NCBI GenBank assembly: GCA_043228905.1
Contig: JBHGNT010000008.1
Coordinates: 4,030,001-4,094,000 of the forward strand
Direction of reading: 5' to 3'
Length of the DNA stretch: 64,000 nt
DNA from: Azolla caroliniana
Taxonomy: Eukaryota > Plantae > Polypodiophyta
In this document: positions 45,416-56,163 of the stretch, one piece after another
How positions within the stretch are numbered: the first letter of the stretch is position 1
How the letters are laid out: every line of letters starts with the position of its first letter
Program-made: the position numbers and the translations under genes
Notes under the pieces: model-generated
The model's input: only the letters and a program-made list of their open reading frames with translations
The model's database searches: none
Told to the model about the DNA's origin: nothing

Positions 45416-48310
45416 GTAAGGATCGGTTGTGGCTCGATGTCCTAGTAAGGATCGAGAATGTTGGGTTGGATGGTGTCTCATGGTCTGATTTTTAGATGTG
45501 TGAATTAAGACAGATTCGTGTACTGTCAGAGAACAGAGTCAACTACTCCCCTGTTTCATATAATGCTTAGATTGTAAGTGTTATTTTGGCTCATCTTTTT
45601 TGAGTGGATCTAAGCAATGTGGGTGATTTAATACCAGGTGAGAGGAGAAAATCCATATCCTTGTTTTCTGTTATGGTAGTTTTGTTTGCTTGTTTCTTGT
45701 CAAATTTTTTTTCCCCCTGGTCATCTGAACCCTGTTTTTAGTTCATTCTTAAATCAAAAGACCACATGATTGTGTTGGGAAAACAGAATACAGTTATCTG
45801 AATCCTGTTTTAGTTCTTATTTAATACAAAAGATCACATGATTGTGTTCGGAAAACAGAGTACAGTGCAGGTTCAATTCAACCATGGCCCTAATTCTTCA
45901 GGTTTAGCCATGTTTTATAGCTCCAGTGATTCGAAAAACAAAAACAAAACGAAACCCCAATTTTTTTTTGTGTAATCAGAAGACTCAAAACCTATGAAGT
46001 TTTTTTTATCATTACTCACTTGAACAGATTTTCGCGAATTGTCGATCAAGGTTTTCAACTTTTGTGTTTTATGTATTATTTTTTATGAAATAAGGAGTCG
46101 ATACCACTGCCTATTTAAGCAGGCTTTGCCTGCTCTACTAGGTGACTGGATAGGAAGACCAACAATTCCTGGGACTGTTTTTGCTAGAAATCAAGAGACA
46201 TTGAGATAAGTTGTTGAAGGATAATAAGACAACCAGAAAACCTCATCAACAAAGAACCATCACAACTCTCTTTAGTTTCATTGTTCCTTCTCATGCTACA
46301 AGTCACTCAAAAGCTACTCAAAGTAGGGTTTCAATCATACTTTCAAAAGGGGTTACAATAGATTGTGCATTAACAATTTCTCATGCATTTAGGCCATGTG
46401 CATCTGAACCATAGCCATTCATCTTGGATTTGCCCATGTCGGAGATATTTTGAAGGAAGGAAATTCAGTCCATCTATGTTCAGAATGTTAAGTGTTTAGA
46501 AGTTATATTTATTTTGCTTTGATATTCTCAAAGACGAGACAATGTTTTACGATGTAATCTGTTGTTCAGTCTCACAGGCCATGTTGGGCCACTTAAAACA
46601 TGTTTCAATATAGTGAACTCTTCTATACTATGCGTAGCGTTTTTTTCCATGCAACAAAAGTCTTATACATGTCCAAACACATTGCAGCGATTCATGTGGA
46701 CATAACTCTTCTCCTCAAGTATTTGTGTTGTAAAGACAATTGGAAGTTCTCCCATCTTGAACAATCTGCATTGCGTCAGCAAAACAACTTCCACTATGAA
46801 AGTCCATACATTTAGCATCAGGAGTTTTGATTGGAAATTCATGCACTTATGTATTCCAATACAACTATAACAACCTAATTTCATTAATTATTCCAGTTGT
46901 TTGTTATCAGGAGTTGTTTTTTGCTATTTTTTCCATTGCGCTGGTTTTATCTTCGTTCCTTTTTAGCAGCTGAGTTCTTGATTAATGTCATCATAACTGC
47001 ATCATGACATTTTGTAGCATTGAATGTCTCCAGTAGTATTTTCATTCACACCCTTGGGCATATTTGCAGGTCATAGATTATAGTACTTGTGAGAAACATG
47101 CGACCAAATTCAATTTTCTTGTATATGTACGACTTACCAGATAGTGCACCAACAACAATTACACAGGTTGCACAAGGGTTTTACATCAACATTCCTATAC
47201 TATGGTGCTTTGGTGCACAAACTTCATGTCTGATTTCTTTTTCCCTCATCGCTACCTTTAGTTTCCTCTTTTCTCTGCTCTGCTCTCTCCACTATCTTCA
47301 CTTTCTTCTCAGATTGATTATTGAGTTTTTTTCCCCAGGTATTGCTATCGCATCAATTTTGATTTGCATATTGGTTTTATTTCGTTCTCTCCTTTTGTAT
47401 CACCTTCATGAGAGAAAGCAAAATGAGGGAAGAAAACCAAGGTATGAATGTACCGCTTTGACAATTTTAGATCATATTGCATCCTGCCAGTTTTTACACA
47501 ATCTACGAGAGATGAAAGAGGAATCTAGAACTATACATTGTAACAAAATAATGGCTGTCTCTTCGCTATATTACATAGAATGATTTCTACAAATGCTTGG
47601 CTGGATACTGGAATGACATGTTGGAACCATAAACATGATCAGTTCTTGTTTGTTCACCAATCTTAAAGATTTAGAATCATGACTATTAAACCAACACATT
47701 AAAATACATTAATGAGTTATTCATATGTACATATAGACCACATTAAAATTAAACGTTCATCAAAGTCAGAATATAGTTTTAATACAAATATAAAGATATC
47801 AAAGCTGTGATATATGTTGTTAAAATTCATGACAATAACCCTAGAACGCCCTATGGTTAAAGCTGCAGGATTTTAATATGGTAAAAAAAAGATGCAGGCA
47901 TAGTCTACTACCATTGCTATGCTGTAGGGGAGCATCATTGATGTCAAGAGAGGATGAAAAGAATGTATATAGATATAGACACACAATCATATGAAGTGGT
48001 CCAGACCATAGCCTGTCAAATCTATATACAGCCTATCAATAGCCTGTTAATGATTTCTAGGGCTTTGTTACTCAAATGTTCACCAGAAAATTTGGCTTTG
48101 AAGGGGGGGGGGGGGGGGGGGAGTGGGAGGAATGCTGGTTTCTCGTAGTGTTATAGGACATTGTTATTGTATTTGTTTCTATGAAAAAATTGTTAGGATG
48201 CTCATCATGGTATTAAGCTAAAAATCCACTGAATGGTCATGGAGATATCACTATTCTTGTCTTACTCAAGGTGTATTGTTTTGCATAGGCACACATATAA
48301 GCTATTATCC

Positions 48311-49825
48311 ATGATGGCTGATCATGGCCACAAGCATGAAGAGGTTACAAAGAACACTAGGACTGTCACTGATGTGATCATCTTATCTGGACAAAGCAAC
48401 ATGTCAGGGAGAGGTGGTGTCCATACAAAGCATCACAAAGATGGGAGCATCTACAAGGAATGGGACCATGTCATCCCCCCAGCATGTCATGTTGCAGATG
48501 AAGATGCAGTTCTACGTTTAAATGCCAAGTTGGAATGGGTGAAGGTTTGTGAGCCTTTGCATCAGGATATCGATAGAGGTATAATTTGTACTAAATAAAA
48601 ACATTGTTTGCGTTTAATTTTGTTCATGTCGGATGGATCAGCTTTGATGTGAAGTTTAATTTAATACAAGACAGGTAAAGTTTGTGGGATAGGACCAGGC
48701 CTAGTTTTTGCAGCTTCAGTGCTTGCAGCATCAGATAATTCCATGACGATGGGCTTGGTGCCATGTGCTGTTGGGGGGACACAAATTAAAGAGTGGGAAA
48801 AAGGAAGTAAGCTTTATGAGCAAATGATTGAGCGCGCAAAAGCTGCAATAAGAGAATCAGGTACTATTAAAGCATTGTTGTGGTATCAAGGAGAGAGTGA
48901 CACCCTATCCTCTGCAAATGTGAAGGAGTTTCCACGAAGATTGGAGGCTCTCATTACCAACGTACGATCAGATCTTCAGATTGATGATCTTCCTGTCATC
49001 CAGGTACTTTTAACTTGTGTTTCTCTCTTTCAGATCTCTCACGAACTCCTTAAATTCTTATGGCACCATTTTTAGGCCATAATCCAGATTATATAATCAA
49101 TATGAGAAACTCTGTATTCCACCTCTCTCTTCTTTTCTTTTCTGGAAAAGCAATGATATAGATACAAACTCACAAGATTGCCTGAACATCGGAAATAATG
49201 CATCAGTTCAAATGCCATACCAGGGGCTGGATATGCTGTATAACTATGCCAAACACTTATTTTGGTGACAAATGACAAATATCTAGAAGACTAAAGATGA
49301 AAATTGCCCTGCTAATATACCTTTCAAGAGACAGATATAATGCACAATACCGCGTTGGCCATCTTTGTTTCTCTCTATAACAGAAGTGGAGAAGAGGCGT
49401 AATCTGAACTGATATTATCAAATTGGAAGAACATGGATCAGCCCCACAACATCTCTTGGTGAGAAGATGGCCCACTATAAAGGCACACTTTTTACACACA
49501 TGGGGGGATGGATTCATCATCGTGCCCTTTTATATGAACATATATGCATGCGTGTGCTGCAGTGTGACAAGGCAGCTGTGAATCTCTTTACATCAGTTAA
49601 ATATTGAGGTAGGTAAAAAAAGGCATGCAAGCCTCTGGAAGAAAGAATTTGCCATTGTGTCATCAGGGAGGGGAATCTGAAGAACTCTTTGTTTGTCACT
49701 GTGCTGTTTTTTTATGAAATATTAGGGAAATACCAGTGCCTCTTTAACTAAGGCTTTGGCCCACTATACAATGTGATGGAAGGCTGATTTTGGCATTTAG
49801 TGGATATTAATATGTTGTTCTTTCT

Positions 49826-49862
<37 letters not shown>

Positions 49863-50440
49863 ATTGAGGTTGTAACCCTAGTAAGCCATATTTTTACTAA
49901 GACTTGCACCAGGGTTCAAAACTCACCACTTGCATTAATTAATATATGCCTCTATGAAATATTGGGGTTGAAGGCTTAACCTTCTAGTCTGACTGGTAAC
50001 TTTACCATCTGAGCTTTTCTCTCTCATAATGGGTAATTGTATTAATTCCTATGTTATGCAAAAAGTCACAAAACAACTTCATGTCAAACAAAGAGATCAA
50101 AGATATGGCTAACATGCCAAGGAGCCAAATCATCCTTGGCAATATGACCTGCATAGGCAATGGTGGTGAACTGCCAGTGAAGAGTGAAGGAGACCTATAG
50201 GACAATGGGAATCAAAAGATGAATGCATTCTGAATAGGCCAATAATGCCAACCGCCCCAAACCACAAAGTGGAAGACAACCATCACATGTGTTGGCAAAG
50301 AGTCTACTAGTTTCAGTTTCCCAAGAACTAATGATTCCCTTGACAATAGAATGCGACACTCTGGGCTGTAGAGACCATATGTTTCGTGCCACTGGGCAAG
50401 ATAAAAACCTGTGGTGACAAGTCTCCTCAGCTTTTGTAGA

Positions 50441-50472
<32 letters not shown>

Positions 50473-50915
50473 TCCCATTTCTACTATCCTGTGAGAATGA
50501 ATATTATATTCAGAACTAGATTCTGTTTTATTTGCCTATACAAGTAACATTTGAATGTTGTCTATGTGAAGCTGATCCAATGACATCACTACATAAAAAC
50601 CTTCTCTTTTTATTGATTGATTTATGGTGGCCACTGATTAATCCATGCTTGTGTTGTGTCATGTGGGGTGATGCATTTGGGGTGCAGGTAGGAATTACGG
50701 CAGAAAAACACCCATTCCCCGAGTTTTTGGAGGAAGTACGCCGTGCACAAAGGGAAGTGGAAGCAAAGCTCAGTGGTGTGTACTATGTGGATGCCCATGG
50801 CCTTTCACTCTTGGAAGACAACCTTCATCTGAACATGAATTCACAAGTGCAACTAGGCAAAATGCTGGCCGACATATATATGCAGCGAATCGCTACTAGT
50901 TGTGAGCAATCTTAA
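48311..50915 (+). CDS. SASA-domain carbohydrate esterase (SGNH, At4g34215-like)
   Basis: Exons 48311-48578, 48675-49003 and 50688-50915 give ILSGQSNMSGRGG, EPLHQDID|GKVCGIGPG, PCAVGGT, WYQGESD and DNLHL. Confidence 0.93.
49862..50020 (-). mobile_element. Diverged copy of the two-module tRNA-like element, abutting (CT)n
   Basis: Minus strand agctcagatggtaaagttacc..agactag..ttcaacccc..ggcat aligns with 61328-61400; an opposite-strand B-box-like gggttcaaaac lies at ~49912; (CT)n at 49825-49862. Confidence 0.55.
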
Positions 50916-51003
50916 CCTTCTGTATTTCAAAACAATACACACTTCCGAATAAGGCCTATCCTTTTAATCGTGTGCCTGCCACACCCACTTTGCATTTGGA
51001 AAT

Positions 51004-51031
51004 CCTAAACCCTAAACCCTAAACGCTAAAC
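51004..51031. repeat. Short interstitial plant telomeric repeat (CCCTAAA, ~4 units)
   Basis: cctaaaccctaaaccctaaacgctaaac, ~90 bp past the esterase stop codon. Confidence 0.7.
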
Positions 51032-52454
51032 CGGAAACACAAGGTTGCAATTGCATTCAATTGTATCAATTAGTATTGTCATCTCAAGCTTATAAATAAT
51101 TCTGAGTTTAGATGAAAAGGCAGGGGTACTGTGAATCGTGAGAATTACATTAGATCCAAAGCTATTTATCTCTACTCACCTATGTCAGAAGGTTTGGGTT
51201 TGTCCTACAGCTCAGTAGGGAATAATTGAGAAGTACATTAGATCCAATTTAACACATCTATGTGATTTTTCAATATTAGATCCAATTTCATTGTCTACAC
51301 ATATATGTGGTTTAATTAGTATGCTTAATCATTTTATTGGTCAATTGGAGAGAAATAATCAAAATCAATGCATGTGTAAAAGACATAATAAAATGCGAAA
51401 ATTGATATGAACATAATTTGTTTTGTATGGAATTGTGACATGGGGATGCTTAAGCAACATATATAGTTGCTATTGTTAGCTAGGCTAATAACATTTAAAG
51501 AAACTTTTAAGCATATGAAATCTTAACATTGCATATAAAAAGACGGTAAGCCATAGCATAATATTGTAAACAAATTTGTTGCTAAAGTCTATGGAGATCA
51601 AAAGCATCAAGAAGCCATTAGAAAAAATAAATCAGGAACCGTAATTGATAATTTGTTGAGTTTTAGTATATAATCCTAAGGTAAAGAATAACAAAGACGA
51701 GTGTGAATGTTTTCTCGAATATTTACATAATTAATTCTATGGATGCATGCAAATTGACATAGTTGGCACACAAACATTTCATGTTTCTAAGCATGTTGTG
51801 GAAGTATCCGAAAAACTCTACATTTAGTTGTGCACAATGACACATTTAGTGATGCACACTTATTGATAACACTTATTTCTGTTGTAGTGTATGTGTGTTG
51901 GGAACTCTTATATTAATTGAGACACAAACACATATATTGTTTGTCTTGTACTTAAATGTGTGTACGTGTGCTTTTTAAGCTCATCTTAGGGCTTAATTAA
52001 TCTCTTAATTAAGTTACATGAGGAAATGTGAGTAAGAGTTTGTGCGGTTAGGGTTGCTGAACGAGAGGCTCAAGAGTGATTGACAACCACTCTTGTCCAA
52101 TTCGCTACCAATAAGTTTTACGATGATCCGAATCCTTTGGCTCATGACATTGATGTGGAGGTAGAACTATGTCGATCAATAGACGTGGTGTGCATCTTGA
52201 GATGACTCTAACCGTTATATTCCCTTTCTTCATGATTGTGGTTAAGGCACACATACATCTTGTTCGTGTTGACCTAGTCTTTCAGTGAAATGTTTCTACC
52301 TTATTTCTCTTGAACTCATTTGTTTGCGAAATGTTTCTACTAGCAAGCGAGCTAGTATTAATTCCTTGGACTCAAGTTTTTTGGCGAACTCATAGGCCAA
52401 TGCGTAAGTTTTTGACCGATTCACAAATGTGTGGCCCATCTACACTTGAATCAT

Positions 52455-52719
52455 TAGGAATTGGCAACAGTTCAGTTTTGGCTTAACCGGTTTGGCCTTG
52501 TCCAAAACCAAACCGGTTAAGCCTTAACCGGTTTGGGAGTTTCCAAACTTGAACCAAACCGGTTTAGCCAAGCCAATCAAGCCTTAACTGGTTTGGAAAC
52601 GGGTTTGTCCCAAATCGGTTCGGTTCGGCTTGAGTCATCCCAAGCCGACCTCAAACCGGTTAAGGAAGCTCAAGCCTAAACCGAACCGAACCGAACCTCC
52701 AAACCGTTGCCGATTCCTA
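52455..52719. mobile_element. hAT MITE of the same family, upstream of the PPR gene
   Basis: TIRs TAGGAATTGGCAAC../..GTTGCCGATTCCTA; core shared with 6949 and 45163; no TSD visible. Confidence 0.75.
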
Positions 52720-53005
52720 CACCTGATCCATTGTCCGTGACCCATCTAGACCTGACCCATGATCTCTGCCCCCTAACTTCGTTTCCATAATTTCTCCAAA
52801 TGCCCCTCATATTTTCACAATTCCCCGAATACCCCTCCTCAAGCTTTCCAAATCTCTGACTCAATACCCTCCCCTGTTTCTGAAGAAGAACCATGGGAAA
52901 CCATGGCGTGCTCCGTCTTCAGCAGGAGCTGGAAGGCTATGGCGACATGCAGAAGCGGATCACAGGAAGAACCATATCCAGAAAGAATCGTGTAATGTTA
53001 AGTTA

Positions 53006-55117
53006 ATGGAAAGAGTATCTTCCATAGCTGAAAATGGAAGGAAAACCGGCAGAAGAAGAAGAGGTGGAGAAGGAGGAGGAATCAGAGAGGACTACATTAC
53101 CTTCCTCGGAATCGTTAGCAAATATAAATCTATTCTTGATGGCCAGATCGCACACCATCACATACTTAAATATGGCGTGGATTACACAGAGCAGTCTCCC
53201 TTCATCCACAACCTTCTTCTCCAAATGTATGCCCAATGTGGATGTTTAGATCATTCATCATCAGTTTTCGCACATATTCCATCACCAGATCAGTACTCGT
53301 GGAGCTTCATCATCAAGGCTTATGCTCAACATGGTAAGACACATCAAGTCTTTCAATTCTACCATCAAATGCAATGTGTAGGAATGATCCCAGATAGATT
53401 CATTCATGTTAGCATACTATCATCTTGTTTTAGGCCCAGCTCACTAGTGGATGGAAAAGGAATTCACACACATGTGATTTGTTCCTCAAGTACGATTGAT
53501 TCTGTGCTCGGAACCTCACTTGTCAACATGTATGGAAAATGTGGGGACCTTAGAAATGCAGAGAGAGTATTTGGATGCATGCGCGAACGTGACCTTATTG
53601 CTTGGAATTCGATGATTGCTCTCTATGACCAATATGGAATGAGTGAGAAAGCTCTCAATCTCTTTGGACAAATGGTTCAGAATGAGGTGAATCCTGACGA
53701 CTATACCTTCGTTAATCTAATCTCGATCTGTACCATGAATATTGATGTTTTGAGTAAAGAAGGTAGATTGATCCACAATCAAGTGGTGCAGAGTCAAGTG
53801 GAATCAAGTATGGATATGGGAAATGCCATTATCAATATGTATATCAAACATGGATTTATAGAAGAGGCAAAGAAGACATTTGATGATATGCATGCTCAAA
53901 ATGTTGTCTCATGGACAACCATAATCTCTGGATATTTTCTCCATGGTTATACGGCCAAAGCTTTATGCTTACTGGATCGGATGACCTGGGAAGGATTCCT
54001 TCCTGATAGTGTTATGTTTGTCAGCATTCTTTCCAGCTTGGATGACTTAAATCAAGGAAAGCGCATACATGCATTGAACATGGATACAGAATTAAAGGAG
54101 TTCAGTGCAAAGGTTGGAAATGCACTTCTTAGTATGTACATTAATTGTAATAGTCTACATGATGCCAAACGGTTGTTTGATGGAATGCCGAGCAAGGAAG
54201 TTGTGACATGGACCACCATGATGGAAGGTTTTGCTCAACATGGTGAGGTAAACTGCACACTCAAGCTCTTAGATCAAATGAGAGTAGAAGGCATGGAACA
54301 AGACAAGGTTGTATTTGTTAGTGTCCTATCGTCATGTATGGGTCATTCGGCTTTAGCGGACGGAAAAAGAATGCATGTGTGTATAAATAGCTGTGGTTTT
54401 GAATCAGATGTGACTGTAGGAAATGCACTTATTAACATGTATAGGAGATGTGGACAACCGATCAAAGATGCTCTAATTCTGTTTCTAAGCATGAATAAAT
54501 GGAATAGTGTCTCTTATATCAGTATCATTTCAGCTTGTGGAGAGCGCACTTGCCTCCAGGAAGGAAAATGGCTTCATTTCTGTATCATAGACAGTGAGCA
54601 AACATTAGATAATGTAGTGATAAATGCTCTTCTTACCATGTATGGGAAGTGTGGCTGTCTTACTGATGCTCGAGCATTATTTGCAACAACCACCTCCCAA
54701 CGGAATGTAGCTCTCTGGAATGCTATGATAGGGACCTATGCTCAGAGTGGACAAGGTAAAGAGGCTCTCCAATTATTTAGGCAGATGCAAGAGGAAAAAA
54801 TTAAGCCAAATGAATCCACATTTGTTAGTGTTCTATTTGCATGTAGCCATACCGGCCTTTTGGATGAAGGGTATAAACATTTAGTTTCCATGTATCATGA
54901 TTATGGTATCAAGGTTGAGGTAGATCACTATAATTGCATGATAGACTTACTAGCGAGAGTTGGACGGCTAGATGAGGCCGAGAATATGATAAATACCATG
55001 CCATGTGAGTCAACCAATGTATCTTGGATGGCATTACTGAGTGCTTGTCGGGATCAAGGGGATTTAGAAAGAGGGGAAAGAGCGGCTGACCGAGTGTCAT
55101 CCCTAGAGAAGATATAG
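53006..55117 (+). CDS. PLS-class pentatricopeptide repeat protein with truncated E domain
   Basis: Intronless 703-aa ORF with repeated (GN/GT)(A/S)L..MYGKCG, WN(S/A)MI and TFVSVL.ACSH.GL motifs, then HYNCMIDLLARVGRLDEAE and SWMALLSACR (E1); no DYW domain. Confidence 0.92.
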   Translation: MERVSSIAENGRKTGRRRRGGEGGGIREDYITFLGIVSKYKSILDGQIAHHHILKYGVDYTEQSPFIHNLLLQMYAQCGCLDHSSSVFAHIPSPDQYSWSFIIKAYAQHGKTHQVFQFYHQMQCVGMIPDRFIHVSILSSCFRPSSLVDGKGIHTHVICSSSTIDSVLGTSLVNMYGKCGDLRNAERVFGCMRERDLIAWNSMIALYDQYGMSEKALNLFGQMVQNEVNPDDYTFVNLISICTMNIDVLSKEGRLIHNQVVQSQVESSMDMGNAIINMYIKHGFIEEAKKTFDDMHAQNVVSWTTIISGYFLHGYTAKALCLLDRMTWEGFLPDSVMFVSILSSLDDLNQGKRIHALNMDTELKEFSAKVGNALLSMYINCNSLHDAKRLFDGMPSKEVVTWTTMMEGFAQHGEVNCTLKLLDQMRVEGMEQDKVVFVSVLSSCMGHSALADGKRMHVCINSCGFESDVTVGNALINMYRRCGQPIKDALILFLSMNKWNSVSYISIISACGERTCLQEGKWLHFCIIDSEQTLDNVVINALLTMYGKCGCLTDARALFATTTSQRNVALWNAMIGTYAQSGQGKEALQLFRQMQEEKIKPNESTFVSVLFACSHTGLLDEGYKHLVSMYHDYGIKVEVDHYNCMIDLLARVGRLDEAENMINTMPCESTNVSWMALLSACRDQGDLERGERAADRVSSLEKI

Positions 55118-56163
55118 GGACATATGTTTTTGTTCCAATGGTGTATATGGATGGATACCCTGAGTGAGGAGGAAAACATAGGGTTTGATACTTGGAGACA
55201 ATATCTAAAGGATACGAAATACTCGATGAAGCGGAAGAAATAATTCGGGTAATGGAAAAAATCTCGTTAGATGACACAATTGGGGAACTAGTTTGATTGA
55301 ATTCAACCTATCTAAACAACAAATGATTCAGTCAAATTGATACGAGGGGGAGGCTAATAGTTATTCTCTTTCTCGATTGTAAGTGGTGTTGGATCAAAGT
55401 ACCGTTGAATTGAGCTTAAAAGACTTTTGAAGTATTGGGCATACCTTCACCTAAACATTGTGAGATAAGCATTGATTTGGTAGGTCATTGGAGATTCTTG
55501 TTGGGCACTTAATGTGGTGCATTTGGTCACAAGACCTCCCCACCAAATGTGAATGCAATCAAGGAGATGAAGGGGGGTATATAAATTGCAGATGGAGGTG
55601 AGGCGGTTCTTGGGAGTGTGTGTTTTCATATGTATTCGCATGACACTATATGTGTTGTTTTAGGAAGGAAAACAAGTTGAAGTGGGCCGAAGAGCGCATC
55701 AAATACTATGCCAAGGGTGTACATGAATCTTCATGATAGCGGATACGAACCTGATTATAATCAAGTGGGTTGTCAATCAAGACAACAAAGATGAGGATTA
55801 ATGTGGCTAGTTAAAAAAATAAAGTTATTTATTAAAAGACAAGGGATCTACAGGTGGTCATGGAGATGGGCGAAGACAACAACTGTGAAGGGGGAACGCC
55901 CACCTTGTTGGTCCATGTTCGGTGCAAGGCCAAAAACTGGCATTGCTTCCGCATCTTATTCCAAGCTCCTCTAGTTGCTCCATTTCATGCCCAAATCCCC
56001 CACCATTCCTTGTCCTTATTGGGAGCTATCAACAACATTGAAGTCCTCTCCACCTAGTGTTGTGCACCTAGAATTGTGTGGTAGATGCTAAATAATGGTC
56101 AAACACGTAATTCCTATACTTTTGGAGAACATAGTTGTTCACATTAGCACTATCCAAGCAAAG

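Noticed and set aside
47089-47583. 164-aa hydrophobic ORF on the + strand
   Set aside because: Non-ATG start in the ORF track and composition explained by a pyrimidine-rich strand; no family motif.
55660-55780. LHDSGYEPD as a spliced E+/DYW continuation of the PPR gene
   Set aside because: No HSE/CxxC/DYW-type motifs follow and the frame is not open from the nearby acceptor.
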